Assembly: GCA_963761335.1 (NCBI GenBank)
Contig: CAVXGR010000004.1
Coordinates: 134,992-198,991 of the forward strand
Direction: 5' to 3'
Length of the DNA stretch: 64,000 bases
DNA from: an uncultured delta proteobacterium
GTDB taxonomy: Bacteria; Desulfobacterota; Binatia; HRBIN30; BPIQ01
This document shows positions 1 through 12,054 of the stretch, piece by piece. The position numbers were made by a program, and so were the translations under genes. Each line of letters begins with the position of its first letter. Positions within the stretch are counted from its first letter, which is position 1. The notes beneath the pieces were generated by a model. The model saw only the letters and a list, made by a program, of their open reading frames with translations. It was not told the DNA's origin and searched no databases.

Positions 1-2
1 GT

Positions 3-188
3 GCCCGGCGGAACGGACTCTCGACGGTCGATCTTGTGGCTTCCGAAACCGGACGGCGTGCGGAGGAGATCTTCTTTCCCCACGGCCACCTGAACGCGAA
101 GGGGAACGGCGCCGTTGCAGCGGCTCTGGCTTCGTTTATTTCAGACTCCGGCGCGGTCCAGAAGGTCGACTCCACCGCCCCAAGATGA
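3..188 (+). CDS. C-terminal fragment of probable SGNH/GDSL-type hydrolase (gene starts before window)
   Basis: Frame 3 reads ...EIFFPHGHLNAKGNGAVAAALASFI...* (TGA 186-188), resembling SGNH block V (xxHxNxxG) and the following helix. Confidence 0.4.
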   Translation, partial: ARRNGLSTVDLVASETGRRAEEIFFPHGHLNAKGNGAVAAALASFISDSGAVQKVDSTAPR

Positions 189-194
189 CTGGAG

Positions 195-590
195 TCACCA
201 GACGGTCTCGACGTGCCGGTAGGCTCTGAGCTTGTCGTCTCTGGTGACCAGCTTGGCGCCGAGCTGCAGCGCCGTGGAGATGATGATCCGATCGGCGGGG
301 TCGCCGTGGAGCGGCTCCGGCAGGCCGACCGAGCGCAACAAGATGCGGTTGTCGGCCGGGACGAAGAGCAGCTCCGGGAGCGCTTCGCAGGTGGCGATCC
401 AGTCTTCGGCCGGCATGGTCAGGCGCAGCCGGCCCTTCCTGGCGAGCATGGCGATCTCCCAGGCGCTGATGGAGGAGGCGTGGACCGGGTGCTCGGCGGC
501 GTTGCGGTCGATGAGCGCGCCGATGCGCCGCGGGAGCTCCGTGGAGCGCGATGCCCACCAGACGAGGACGTGGGTGTCGAGCACGATCAC
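195..590 (-). CDS. vapC: PIN-domain (VapC-type) toxin
   Basis: IVLDTHVLVWW, SSISAWEIAML, HGDPADRIIISTA and LVTRD PIN motifs; GTG start at 590 overlaps the antitoxin TGA (GTGA). Confidence 0.9.
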   Translation of the reverse strand: MIVLDTHVLVWWASRSTELPRRIGALIDRNAAEHPVHASSISAWEIAMLARKGRLRLTMPAEDWIATCEALPELLFVPADNRILLRSVGLPEPLHGDPADRIIISTALQLGAKLVTRDDKLRAYRHVETVW

Positions 591-817
591 TCGAGCGACT
601 CCCAGTCCTCGACCGCCACCGGGGCGGTGGGGTCGTCGTACTTCAGCACGCTGCCCTTCAAGGCGCGGCGAGCCTGATGCGGTTCGCCGCGATAGGGCAC
701 GATTTTGAGCACCGGCTTTCCCCGATCCGTGACCACCAGGTCCTCTCCGGTACTTTCCACTTGGCGGAAGTAGTCGAGCGCTCTGGCCTTGAACCGCGAC
801 TTGGAGACCGCTTTCAT
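587..817 (-). CDS. Phd/YefM-family antitoxin
   Basis: MKAVSKSRFKARALDYFRQVESTGEDLVVTDRGKPVLKIVP; small gene directly upstream of and coupled to the PIN gene. Confidence 0.88.
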   Translation of the reverse strand: MKAVSKSRFKARALDYFRQVESTGEDLVVTDRGKPVLKIVPYRGEPHQARRALKGSVLKYDDPTAPVAVEDWESLE

Positions 818-842
818 GATCCTGGTCACATACCATGGTCAT
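816..842. promoter_or_regulatory. Possible antitoxin autoregulatory operator
   Basis: Two imperfect palindromes (TGACCATGGTAT and TGACCAGGATCA on the minus strand) abutting the antitoxin start. Confidence 0.3.
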
Positions 843-993
843 GATACCCGTGCAACCGCGCTTTGCCTGCGCGAGAGACCGTAGAGGCTCCAGCCGTTCT
901 CGGGCTGGCGTTCCAGATCCTCGCGGAACACTGCCTCCGCCGCCGCCGCGCGCCCGGACTGAGCAGCAGCGTCCCGAGGGAGCTCCACATTTT

Positions 994-1127
994 CGGTTCT
1001 CATCCCCGGTTCTCATCCCGTCGTTTTCCATTCGCTCTGACAGCCGCGAGAGATCCGCAGCCGACCGGTGTCACGGGGCCCGCAGAACAATGGAGAACGA
1101 CGGGATGAGAACCGGGAATGAGAACGG
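994..1127. repeat. Long intergenic hairpin element, family P1 copy 1
   Basis: Arms GGTTCTCATCCCCGGTTCTCATCCCGTCGTTTTCCATT and AATGGAGAACGACGGGATGAGAACCGGGAATGAGAAC; homologs at 16.1, 20.0 and 52.7 kb. Confidence 0.9.
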
Positions 1128-1246
1128 GGAACGAGGGGATGAAGATGGCCCCATGGCCCGTGCATGTGAAGTGTGCGTGACAGCCTTGTGTCGGTGTCAG
1201 AGCGGTGGTTTGTTGCGTCGCCAATATCAGTTCGGGGGGAATCTTC

Positions 1247-2758
1247 ATGAGTCGAATCGTGTTGCCGAGGCGCGTGAGCGCGCGCGCCATCACTCGCCGG
1301 GAGGCTCTTCGCTATGTCGGCGCCGCCGCGGGCGCGGCGGCCCTGGGGCCGTGGATCTCGGGATGCGGGGACGGGAAGAACCCGGTGCCGCTGCCGAACG
1401 CCACGGCCACCCCGTCGCCGACCTTGCTGCCGTCTCCGACGGCGACGCCGGCGCCGCTGCAGCCCGAGGAGCTCGACATCGAGACGGTGGTCATCATCAT
1501 GATGGAGAACCGCTCCTTTGATCACTACTTCGGGTCTCTGAGCCTGGAGGAGGGGAGCGCCGTCGCCGGCTTGATGCCGGGGCTCAGCAATCCGCTGCCG
1601 GACGGCTCACCCGTCGAGCCGTTCCCCACCGGCCTGCGCTGCATTGCCGACCCGCCGCACAGCTGGGACAGCAGCCACAGACAGGTCAACGGCGGCGCCA
1701 ACGACGGCTTCGTGCGCGAGTACTACCAGAGCCTGATCGGCGACGGCTTCTCGCCGAGAACCGCAAACGAAGTGATGGGATACCAGCGGCGCGCCAACCT
1801 CCCTCTTCTCTACGCGCTCGCCGACGAGTTCGTGCTCTGCGACCAGTGGTTCGCCTCCGTGCTCGGCCCGACCTGGCCGAACCGCTTCTTCCTGCACTCC
1901 GCCCAGTCGAACGGCCGCAAGAACAACGATTTCCCCGAGGATCTGTCGACCGGGTTCACCTGGCCCACCATCTACCATCGGCTCAGCGATGCCGGCATCG
2001 AGTGGAAGGACTACTACGGCGATCTCTCGTTCCTCCTTCTCTGGGGCAGCCTGCGTGCGACCGGACGCCTGCGCCCGATCAGCGAGTTTCTCGACGACGC
2101 CCGCAGCGGCCGGCTGCCGGCGGTGTGTCACGTCGAGCCGACGTTCGATGGCGCCGCGGCCAACGACGACCACCCGCCGCACGACGTGCTGCGCGGCGAG
2201 GCCTTTCTCTCTACCGTCCTGCACGCTCTCGCCGAAGGGCCGCAGTGGTCCCGTTCCATGGTGATCGTCACCTACGACGAGCACGGCGGCTTCTTCGATC
2301 ACGTGCCGCCGCCGACGGTCGAGGACGAGCGCAGCGCCGATGGCTTCGGCCAGCTCGGCGTGCGCGTTCCCGGACTGGTGATCTCTCCCTATGCGCACCG
2401 CGGGCTCGTCTCCCCGGCGCTCTACGAGCACAGCTCGGTGCCGGCCTTTCTCGAGTGGCTGTTCGGCCTGGAGCCGCTCACCGTCCGCGATGCACAGGCG
2501 AACTTCTTCACCGAGGCCTTCGACATCGACCGCGTCCGGCGGCAGGACCCGCGCCCCTTCCCGGACCTGCCGGTCCTCGACGTCGACCCCGACATCAGCC
2601 CCGAGTGTGTTCCCTTCACCGGCGCCTCCGTCGAGCTGGCCCAGCTCGCCGACGCCGGCGGGGTTCCGAGCTCCCTGGATCGCCGCCGCGAGAGCGCGGC
2701 GCTGCTGCGCACGCTCAATCGCGAGCTGATTCGTATGGGCGGCGCCCGCTGGCGCTGA
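1247..2758 (+). CDS. Phosphoesterase / non-specific phospholipase C family; probable Tat-exported lipoprotein
   Basis: MMENRSFDHYFG, PTWPNR, NDDHPP, TYDEHGGFFDHV and GVRVP motifs; TRREALR twin-Arg, ISGC lipobox, PT-rich linker. Confidence 0.9.
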   Translation: MSRIVLPRRVSARAITRREALRYVGAAAGAAALGPWISGCGDGKNPVPLPNATATPSPTLLPSPTATPAPLQPEELDIETVVIIMMENRSFDHYFGSLSLEEGSAVAGLMPGLSNPLPDGSPVEPFPTGLRCIADPPHSWDSSHRQVNGGANDGFVREYYQSLIGDGFSPRTANEVMGYQRRANLPLLYALADEFVLCDQWFASVLGPTWPNRFFLHSAQSNGRKNNDFPEDLSTGFTWPTIYHRLSDAGIEWKDYYGDLSFLLLWGSLRATGRLRPISEFLDDARSGRLPAVCHVEPTFDGAAANDDHPPHDVLRGEAFLSTVLHALAEGPQWSRSMVIVTYDEHGGFFDHVPPPTVEDERSADGFGQLGVRVPGLVISPYAHRGLVSPALYEHSSVPAFLEWLFGLEPLTVRDAQANFFTEAFDIDRVRRQDPRPFPDLPVLDVDPDISPECVPFTGASVELAQLADAGGVPSSLDRRRESAALLRTLNRELIRMGGARWR

Positions 2759-2878
2759 GCCGCCGCCGGCGAGCGCTGGATCCCGTGATTGGGTATCCAC
2801 GAACTCGTCCCCGGCCATGTCGGCGTGGGCCGGGGGTCGCATCAGGTGACCGGGCAGGTGCTGCCGATCTGTTCGCGT

Positions 2879-3217
2879 TCAGATGGCGCGCAGCCCGCCC
2901 CGGAGTCTCTCCATCTCCGCTTCCAGAGCCGCGAAGGTTTCGGCGCCCTCGGTGAAGTCGCCGTCGTGGCCCATGCGCTCGAGGCGCCGGGAGAGCTCAT
3001 AGAGCGCTGGAGCCGCGAAGTTGCCGGCGGATCCCTTGAGGGAATGCGCCGCCAGCTCGAGCTCCGCGCTGTCGCGTGTCGCCAGGGCCTCACGCATGTT
3101 GCCGAGCAGGCGCGGCGTTTCGCCCAGGAAGATGTCGATCAGCTCGAGGAGAAATCCTCGGTCGCCGTCGACCCGCTCCAAAACCTCTTGCACGTTAAAG
3201 ACAGCGTCTGGGGTCAT
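2879..3217 (-). CDS. Hpt (histidine phosphotransfer) protein
   Basis: AAHSLKGSAGNF Hpt motif; GAGAGGA RBS before ATG 3217. Confidence 0.9.
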   Translation of the reverse strand: MTPDAVFNVQEVLERVDGDRGFLLELIDIFLGETPRLLGNMREALATRDSAELELAAHSLKGSAGNFAAPALYELSRRLERMGHDGDFTEGAETFAALEAEMERLRGGLRAI

Positions 3218-3245
3218 TTGTCGATCCTCTCTCCCTCTCGTCCCC

Positions 3246-3262
3246 CGCATCCGGCGTGCCAA
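3246..3262 (-). promoter_or_regulatory. Sigma-54 -24/-12 promoter of the Hpt gene
   Basis: Minus strand TTGGCACGCCGGATGCG = GG-N10-GC with TGGCAC, spaced correctly ahead of the RBS/ATG. Confidence 0.6.
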
Positions 3263-3481
3263 GGCGGAGAGCGCGCCAGAGCGGCTCGCGTCGCCGTCCT
3301 GCCCGAGGCGATGAATTGGCGTTTCCGCGAGAACGTCAGAGATGCATGCCGCCATGGATCGGATGCCGAGCCTCGCCTGCGGACGCTGATGACAGCTCAA
3401 TGAACCCGGGTGAGCCTTCAAGCCGCGCAGCTGTTGGCCGCCGCGGCGCCTGAGAGTCGGCCGCGTAGCGCCGAAGTCCCG

Positions 3482-5575
3482 CTAGCCCTCGGCGGAGCCG
3501 GACCCGACGAAGCGCTCGAGGGCGCTCAGCAGCTCGTTCATCTGGATCGGCTTGGAGAGATAGGCATCCATGCCCGCCTCGAGACAACGCTCCGCGTCAC
3601 CCTTCAGGGCGTGCGCGGTGAGGGCGATGATGGGAATGTGGGCGCCAGTCTCCTGCTCGCGCTTGCGAATCGCCGCGGTCGCTTCGAAGCCGTCCATCAC
3701 CGGCATCTGCACGTCCATGAGGATCAGATCGAAGGAATCGCCTTCCAGGGCGGCGAGGGACTCCGCCCCGTTACCGGCGATGACGACGCTGTGGCCGCGC
3801 TTCTCGAGCATGCGTGAGGTGAGCTTCTGGTTGACGGCGTTGTCCTCCACGAGCAAGGCCCGCAGCGCACGCCGGGGCGGGATTTGGCTCTGCGGCGCGG
3901 CGCCAGCGCTCTGGGTACCGGCCGTCTGCGTGTCGGCGGTGCACGGCGATGTCGGGGCGCAGGCGGCGCGTATGGTGAAATGGAACGTGCTGCCGTGCCC
4001 GCACTCGCTCTCGACCCAGATGCGGCCTCCCATAAGCTCGACCAGACGCGCCGAGATCGCCAGACCGAGGCCGGTGCCCCCATACCGCCGCGTCGTCGAG
4101 TTGTCGGCCTGCTCGAATACGTTGAAGATCACCCGCTGCTTTTCGCGCGGAATACCGATGCCGGTATCGCGTACCGCCACGTGCAGCATGAGCTCCGGCT
4201 CGGGGTCCGGCGCCCCGTTCGGCTGGATTTCCTCCGCCCTCGCCTCGATTGCCACCTCACCGTGCTCGGTGAACTTGATGGCGTTGCCCACCAGATTGAT
4301 GATGACCTGCCGCAAGCGACGCACGTCGCCGATGAGCGCGTCTGCCACATCGGGAGCGACCTCGTAGCGCAGGCGCAGGCCCTTTTGCTCGGCGCGCACC
4401 GCCAGGGCTCGCGTGATCGCCTCCATGCTGTCGCGGATCGAGAACACAGTGGGGTCGAGGTCGAGCCGGCCGGCCTCGATTTTGGAGAAGTCGAGAATGT
4501 CGTCGATGACGCCGAGCAAGCTGTCGGAGCCCTCCTGGATGGTGCGCGCGTAATCGCGCTGCTCGGGCGTGAGTGGGGTGCCGAGCAGCAAGTCGCTCAT
4601 GCCGACGATGGCGTTCATTGGAGTGCGGATCTCGTGACTCATGTTGGCCAGGAATTCGGACTTTGAGCGGTTGCCCGCCTCCGCGGCCTCCTTGGCGCGC
4701 TCCAGGTCGCGGTTCATCGACTGGAGCGACTCGGTGCGGGCGCGGACGCGTTCCTCCAGCTTGTGGCTGTGGTCTTCGAGCTCGGCGTGACTGCGAGCCA
4801 GGCTGAGCACCATGGCGTTGAACGATGCCGCGAGCGCGCCCACTTCGTCGCGCGAGTTGATCGCCACTGTGGTGTTCAGCTCGCCGCGGGCGATGGTGTC
4901 GGCGGCCTTGGCGAGAACGCGCAGCGGCCGGGTGCTGGCGCGCGCCAGCAGAACGGCGCAGATCACGCCGATGAAGGTCACCAGGGCGGTCACCAGCGCG
5001 GAGGTCAGGAAGACGCGACGGCGCATCTCGCGCAGGGGGGCCGTGGAGAGGCCGATCCGGACGACTCCGACCTTCTCGGAGCCGGGTCCTGGAGCCGGCC
5101 CCGAGTCGCCGAGGAACTCGAGCTCCTCGCGCTGGGGCCGGGCACCGGTGGTCAGCACCGGCACGCAGAAGGTCCAGGTCGCGTCTCCAGCGTGCGTGGA
5201 TATGTCCACCAGCTCCTGTGGGCACGGGTCCCGGGGAACCTCTCCGACGGCGGCGAGGATTCGCCCCCGCTTGTCGGTGAAGCCACAGTACACCACATCG
5301 GTCTGACTCCGCGCCCGTTCCGTCAGTTCTCGCAGCGTAGCGATGTCGCCGCTGAGGATGCCGAGCTCGGCTTCACGCGCCAGGTATTCGGCGATCGTTT
5401 GCCCGCGTGCCGCCATCCGTCCGCGGATCTCCTCCAGGTCTCGGGTCACGAGCATCCAGCTGAGGATGATGCAGCTGACGGCGATCAGCGCCGACGTCGC
5501 CAGCGCCAGACGAGTTGTGAACCCGAGCCAGGCGAACGCCGGGGCGGCGGCAATTCGCAGGCGCCGGGGACTCAT
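3482..5575 (-). CDS. Hybrid sensor histidine kinase (TM-HAMP-HisKA-HATPase-REC)
   Basis: [56 protein letters not shown] overlap with upstream gene. Confidence 0.95.
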   Translation of the reverse strand: MSPRRLRIAAAPAFAWLGFTTRLALATSALIAVSCIILSWMLVTRDLEEIRGRMAARGQTIAEYLAREAELGILSGDIATLRELTERARSQTDVVYCGFTDKRGRILAAVGEVPRDPCPQELVDISTHAGDATWTFCVPVLTTGARPQREELEFLGDSGPAPGPGSEKVGVVRIGLSTAPLREMRRRVFLTSALVTALVTFIGVICAVLLARASTRPLRVLAKAADTIARGELNTTVAINSRDEVGALAASFNAMVLSLARSHAELEDHSHKLEERVRARTESLQSMNRDLERAKEAAEAGNRSKSEFLANMSHEIRTPMNAIVGMSDLLLGTPLTPEQRDYARTIQEGSDSLLGVIDDILDFSKIEAGRLDLDPTVFSIRDSMEAITRALAVRAEQKGLRLRYEVAPDVADALIGDVRRLRQVIINLVGNAIKFTEHGEVAIEARAEEIQPNGAPDPEPELMLHVAVRDTGIGIPREKQRVIFNVFEQADNSTTRRYGGTGLGLAISARLVELMGGRIWVESECGHGSTFHFTIRAACAPTSPCTADTQTAGTQSAGAAPQSQIPPRRALRALLVEDNAVNQKLTSRMLEKRGHSVVIAGNGAESLAALEGDSFDLILMDVQMPVMDGFEATAAIRKREQETGAHIPIIALTAHALKGDAERCLEAGMDAYLSKPIQMNELLSALERFVGSGSAEG

Positions 5576-6567
5576 CGTACGGTCTCGGCCGCCGCCCGCA
5601 GATCGGGTGGGATTTCGATGCCGAGGTGAGCGGCGGTGCGCAGGTTCAGCGCCAGCGAAATCTTTCGCGGAGTGGCAATCGGGATCTCTGCGGCGTTTTC
5701 GCCCCGCAGCACGCGCAGGGCGATCTCCGCCGTCTGCCGTCCGATGTCGGCGTAGTCGCAGGCGAGCGCGGCGACGGCCCCGGCGCGCACGTGGGTCGCG
5801 GAAAGGCCGAATAGCGGGATGCGCCGGCGGAGAGTGGCCAAGATGATCGCCGACGCTGTCTGCGGGGTGAACACGTGGCTGTCGGCGACCGTCCACATGA
5901 GATCGACCCGGGAGAGTAGGTCATTGAGCTCGGGCAGCACCTGCATCGGCTCTTCCACCGCATCCGTCTCCAGCTTGAACCCGTACCGAGTGGCCACGCG
6001 TCGGGCGTCTTCGACGATCGAGCCGGTCTCCACCGGGTGGTACAGGACGCCGACCCGCCGGGCCCAGGGAAACAGGCGACGAAGATAGTCGAACTCGACC
6101 TCCAGCGGCATATCCAACGACACGCCGGTCACCTGCTTGCCGCTCGTCCCGGTGAAGCCGCTCTGGCGCGGATAGAGCACCATGGAGAACACCAGGGGCT
6201 CGGCTGCTGGTTCCCTCAGGGCGGCCGCGGTAGCCAGAGACCCAACGGTGATCACCAGGCTGGGGTGGATGCGCCGGATCTCGGCCAGGACGCGCGGTAT
6301 GTTCGCCTCGTCGCCCTCCAGATCTTGGATCGATTGCTCGGGGCGGAGCGGATCGCGTTCGAAGTCCTCGCTGATCGCCTGCAGCGCCTGGTCGAAGGGC
6401 GCGACGGAGCTGCTCTTGATGATGACGACGGTCGGCCTGCCGGCGGCGGAGGCAATCGTGGCCGCCAGACATCCTGTAATCACCGCCCCCATTATTCGAC
6501 GCGTCTTCACCGGCCCTACCAATGACCCGAGCACACGAAGAGGTAGGCGGCGGATTGGGGACCTCAT
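5572..6567 (-). CDS. ABC-type substrate-binding-like periplasmic protein (ABC_sub_bind family); start uncertain (6567 or 6492)
   Basis: [58 protein letters not shown]. Confidence 0.8.
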   Translation of the reverse strand: MRSPIRRLPLRVLGSLVGPVKTRRIMGAVITGCLAATIASAAGRPTVVIIKSSSVAPFDQALQAISEDFERDPLRPEQSIQDLEGDEANIPRVLAEIRRIHPSLVITVGSLATAAALREPAAEPLVFSMVLYPRQSGFTGTSGKQVTGVSLDMPLEVEFDYLRRLFPWARRVGVLYHPVETGSIVEDARRVATRYGFKLETDAVEEPMQVLPELNDLLSRVDLMWTVADSHVFTPQTASAIILATLRRRIPLFGLSATHVRAGAVAALACDYADIGRQTAEIALRVLRGENAAEIPIATPRKISLALNLRTAAHLGIEIPPDLRAAAETVR

Positions 6568-6698
6568 GCTTCGCCGCAAATGCAGCTCCCGTACCGCGGC
6601 GGTAGCGAATCGGTCCGAGCGAAGGGCCCGGGCGCGTGCGTTGCCGCACGCTACCAGATTGACGAGATGGCTGGATCGGCATTTTAGCGATCGCGAGC

Positions 6699-7622
6699 TC
6701 AGGTGGCTCGGCGCCGCCGAGACCTCCTGGCGGGCGCCGCGGAGGTGCCGCCGTCGAGGAGGTGGAGGAGGCGCGCCGCGAGGGTGCGCTGCGGGTCGCC
6801 TTCGCGCTCGCGCCGCAGAGAGGCGATGCCGCCCTCGATGGCCTTCTGCACCCGGGCGCGCAGGCGTAGACAGGATGCCTGGTCCTCGTGCTTGCCGGCA
6901 TAGCGCGTCGTGCCGATCGGCGTCCCGAACCAGAAATAGAAGCGCTGCGGGCGGGGCAGTGGGCCGATGCCGCTGACCACCGGCGGGATCTCGTCGGCTC
7001 GCGGTGCCAGGCGCTCGAGCACCGGACCGATCGGGCTCTGGCGCATCTCGTCGCTGTCGATGAGGACATCGTAGCACTCCTCGGCGCCGACGGCGGCGAA
7101 CGGCACGATCGGATAGCGGTGCTTGATCGCCAGCGCCGCGAAGCCGATGCGGTTCTTCCAGATCAGCTGATACTGCTCGCCCTTGTGCTTGAAGACCTCG
7201 CGGCCGCCCCCGGGGAAGACGAGGATGGGCTCGCCGGCGCGCATCAGGGTCGCGCAGTTCTCGCGGGTACCGTCCACCGTGCCGAAGCGCATCAGCAGAT
7301 CGCGCCACACCGGAACGCGGAAGTGAAGGTGGTCGCCGAGCGAGCGCACGATCACGCCGCGCCGGTCGTAGAGGCCGAGCACCATCAGCGGCACGTCGAG
7401 GACGCCCATGAGCGTATGGTTGCCGACCAGCAGGAAAGGGCGGTCCGCCGGCACGCGCTCGGCGCCGCGGAACACCGGCGCCGTCAGCCACTGCCAGGGC
7501 TCGAGCAGAAGCTTGGCGGCGGCGATGTCGGCCGCCGTGGGGCGATGACCGAGCGGGGTCCCCGAGCGCGCCGCGGGCGGCGCCTGTCGCGGCGGGCGTT
7601 TGCGTGGCTTCGGTGAGCTCAT
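6699..7622 (-). CDS. Lysophospholipid/diacylglycerol acyltransferase family
   Basis: LLVGNHTLMGVLD (HX-D), LVFPGGGRE and YPIVPFAAVG motifs. Confidence 0.85.
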   Translation of the reverse strand: MSSPKPRKRPPRQAPPAARSGTPLGHRPTAADIAAAKLLLEPWQWLTAPVFRGAERVPADRPFLLVGNHTLMGVLDVPLMVLGLYDRRGVIVRSLGDHLHFRVPVWRDLLMRFGTVDGTRENCATLMRAGEPILVFPGGGREVFKHKGEQYQLIWKNRIGFAALAIKHRYPIVPFAAVGAEECYDVLIDSDEMRQSPIGPVLERLAPRADEIPPVVSGIGPLPRPQRFYFWFGTPIGTTRYAGKHEDQASCLRLRARVQKAIEGGIASLRREREGDPQRTLAARLLHLLDGGTSAAPARRSRRRRAT

Positions 7623-7640
7623 GCCGACGAGACCCCGCGG

Positions 7641-9782
<2,142 letters not shown>

Positions 9783-9818
9783 GCAACCTCCACGATTACT
9801 CGCGGCCGGGCTGCGGCT

Positions 9819-9866
9819 CAAGGGCGGAGGAGGAACGGGGGCGCCCCCGTTCCTCCTCCGCCCTTG
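9819..9866. repeat. Perfect 48-bp palindrome with no spacer
   Basis: CAAGGGCGGAGGAGGAACGGGGGC|GCCCCCGTTCCTCCTCCGCCCTTG between divergent glgX and Nudix genes. Confidence 0.95.
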
Positions 9867-9898
9867 GCCCTCGCTCCGCCCCGGTATATTGGAGGCAC

Positions 9899-10519
9899 GT
9901 GGACCCGGACTGGTTAGGGTGGGCGAAGCGCCTGCAGGCGATCGCCCAGAACGGCCTCACTTTCTCGCGCGATCCGTTCGACGTGCAGCGCTACACTCTG
10001 GTGCGGGATCTCGCCGCGGAGATCATGGCGCACGGTTCGGGCACGGAGATCCTGCAGATTCGCGAGCTGTTCGCCGAGCAGGTTGGCTATGCGACGCCGA
10101 AGGTCGACGTGCGCGGCGTGGTCTTCCGCGACCAGCGCATCCTGCTGGTGCGCGAGCGACTCGACGGCGGCTGGACCCTTCCCGGCGGCTGGGTGGATGT
10201 GTGCGAGTCGCCGAGCGAGAGCGTGGCACGCGAGATTCGCGAGGAGTCCGGTTATCTGGCGCGCCCCCTCAAGCTCCTGGCGGTGTACGACCGCAGCAAG
10301 CACCCGCACGTGCCGCCGCTCCCCTTCCACATCTACAAGCTGTTCTTCCTCTGTGAGCTGCTCGGCGGCGAGGCCAGCCCCAGTCTCGAGACCAGCGACG
10401 TCGGCTTCTTCGCCGAGGACGAGATTCCGCCGCTGTCGATCTCGCGTACCACCGAGGCGCAGCTGGTGCGCATGTTCGCCCACCTCCGCCACCCGCACTG
10501 GCCCGCCGATTTCGACTAG
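9899..10519 (+). CDS. Nudix hydrolase with Nudix_N domain (ADP-ribose pyrophosphatase-like)
   Basis: [24 protein letters not shown], Nudix box [24 protein letters not shown] before GTG. Confidence 0.92.
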   Translation: MDPDWLGWAKRLQAIAQNGLTFSRDPFDVQRYTLVRDLAAEIMAHGSGTEILQIRELFAEQVGYATPKVDVRGVVFRDQRILLVRERLDGGWTLPGGWVDVCESPSESVAREIREESGYLARPLKLLAVYDRSKHPHVPPLPFHIYKLFFLCELLGGEASPSLETSDVGFFAEDEIPPLSISRTTEAQLVRMFAHLRHPHWPADFD

Positions 10520-10532
10520 CCGGGAGACTTTG

Positions 10533-11039
10533 GCCCGCGGGCCGGCGGAAGCGTCTTGCCCGGGTCGTGGGAGAGCGTAGAAGCGCCGTCCCGGCGCTTT
10601 CTGAAGCGGCGAGACGCCGCTTCTACTTTGCCCGCAGGCCGGCGGAAGCGTCTTGCCCGGGTCGTGGGAGAGCGTAGAAGCGCCGTCCCGGCGCTTTCCG
10701 AAGCGGCGAGACGCCGCTTCTACTTTGCCCGCAGGCCGGCGGAAGCGTCTTGCCCGGGTCGTGGGAGAGCGTAGAAGCGCCGTCCCGGCGCTTTCCGAAG
10801 CGGCGAGACGCCGCTTCTACTTTGCCCGCAGGCCGGCGGAAGCGTCTTGCCCGGGTCGTGGGAGAGCGTAGAAGCGCCGTCCCGGCGCTTTCCGAAGCGG
10901 CGAGACGCCGCTTCTACTTTGCCCGCGGGCCGGCGGAAGTGTCTTGCCCGGGTCGTGGGAGAGCGTAGAAGCGCCAAGCGCCGTCCCGGCGCTTTCCGAA
11001 GCGGCGAGACGCCGCTTCTACTTTGCCCGCAGGCCGGCG
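10533..11039. repeat. Tandem array of 5 x 97-bp units, each containing an inverted GTAG-REP doublet (BIME-like)
   Basis: Units start at 10533, 10630, 10727, 10824 and 10921 (the last has a 7-bp AAGCGCC duplication); each holds GTAGAAGCGCCGTCCCGGCGCTT and AAGCGGCGAGACGCCGCTTCTAC. Confidence 0.93.
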
Positions 11040-11102
11040 TCCCGCGGTTTGCAGCGTCCTCGCCATGGACGTATGAGGTCGGTTTCGATGATGGAGGTGC
11101 GC

Positions 11103-11981
11103 ATGGCAGGAAGACTCGAGGGCAAGGTAGCACTGGTCACCGGCGGCGCCAGCGGTATCGGTCGCGCCACGGCGTTGCGCTTTCTCGACGAGGGCGCGCG
11201 GGTGGTGATCGCCGACATGAATCAGCAGACGGCCTCGGAGACTCTGGACCTGGCCGCTCAGGCGAACGCCGCCGAGCGGATCCGCTTCCTGCGGACCGAC
11301 GTGTCTCGGGAGGAGGAGGTGGAGGCGGCGGTGCGGCTCGCGGTATCGGCGTTCGGCCGCCTCGACTGCGTCTTCAACAACGCCGGCGTCGCCGGCGCCT
11401 TCGGCCCGATCACGCACGTCTCGGCGGAGGACTGGGACTACACCTTCGCGGTGCTGGTGCGCGGTGTCTTCCTCGGCATCAAGCACGGCGCCCGCGTCAT
11501 GAAGCGGCAGGGGCAGGGCGGCTCGATCATCAACATCGCCTCGGTTGCCGGCCTGAGCGGCGGCGATGGGCCACAGGCGTATTCGGCGGCGAAGGCGGCG
11601 GTGATCAACCTGACCCGTGCCGTCGCCATCGAGCTGGCTGCGTCGCGCATCCGCGTGAACGCCATCTGCCCCGGTGGCATCCTCACGCCGCTGCTGCATC
11701 GCGGCAGCCCGGAGGCGATGGAGGCCGTGCTGGCGCAGGCGCAGCCCTGGCCCGAGGCCGGTCGCCCGGAGCATATCGCCGGCGCGGCTCTCTTCCTCGC
11801 CAGCGAGGACGCGGGCTTCGTGACCGGCAGCGCCCTGGTCGTCGACGGCGGTCTGACGGCGACCGGAGGCAACGCCATGCGCATCCTCGGTCAGACGGAC
11901 GCGCTCATGCTCGCCACCGGCGTGGATCGCGGCACCACCGGCGAGGAGGGCCGCGCCGAGATGGTCGAGCCCGAGAAGTAG
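11103..11981 (+). CDS. Short-chain dehydrogenase/reductase
   Basis: TGGASGIG, NNAG, YSAAK, IRVNAICPG, VDGG. Confidence 0.95.
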   Translation: MAGRLEGKVALVTGGASGIGRATALRFLDEGARVVIADMNQQTASETLDLAAQANAAERIRFLRTDVSREEEVEAAVRLAVSAFGRLDCVFNNAGVAGAFGPITHVSAEDWDYTFAVLVRGVFLGIKHGARVMKRQGQGGSIINIASVAGLSGGDGPQAYSAAKAAVINLTRAVAIELAASRIRVNAICPGGILTPLLHRGSPEAMEAVLAQAQPWPEAGRPEHIAGAALFLASEDAGFVTGSALVVDGGLTATGGNAMRILGQTDALMLATGVDRGTTGEEGRAEMVEPEK

Positions 11982-12054
11982 AGCCGGGAGCGCGGCCATC
12001 CTGGCCGCCTCTGCTCTTTGAGACCATCGGCCGGGACGGCCGCGCTCCGGGCTC
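11981..12054. repeat. REP-like inverted doublet, family R2; possible bidirectional terminator
   Basis: GAGCCGGGAGCGCGGCCATCCTGGCCG ... CGGCCGGGACGGCCGCGCTCCGGGCTC fills the gap between convergent stops. Confidence 0.75.

Noticed and set aside
195..817. TA module as marker of a prophage or mobile island
   Set aside because: No integrase, transposase or phage genes nearby in the window
591..1031. N-terminal extensions containing MENDGMRTG.ENR on the VapC and TreY ORFs
   Set aside because: They are translations of the P1 palindrome, not protein sequence
10556..10968. Repeated 72-aa ORFs (MPGSWESVEAP...)
   Set aside because: By-products of the 97-bp DNA repeat; the frame shifts each unit and there is no RBS
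10533..11039. CRISPR array
   Set aside because: Whole 97-bp units are near identical with no unique spacers, and no cas genes are present; this is a REP tandem
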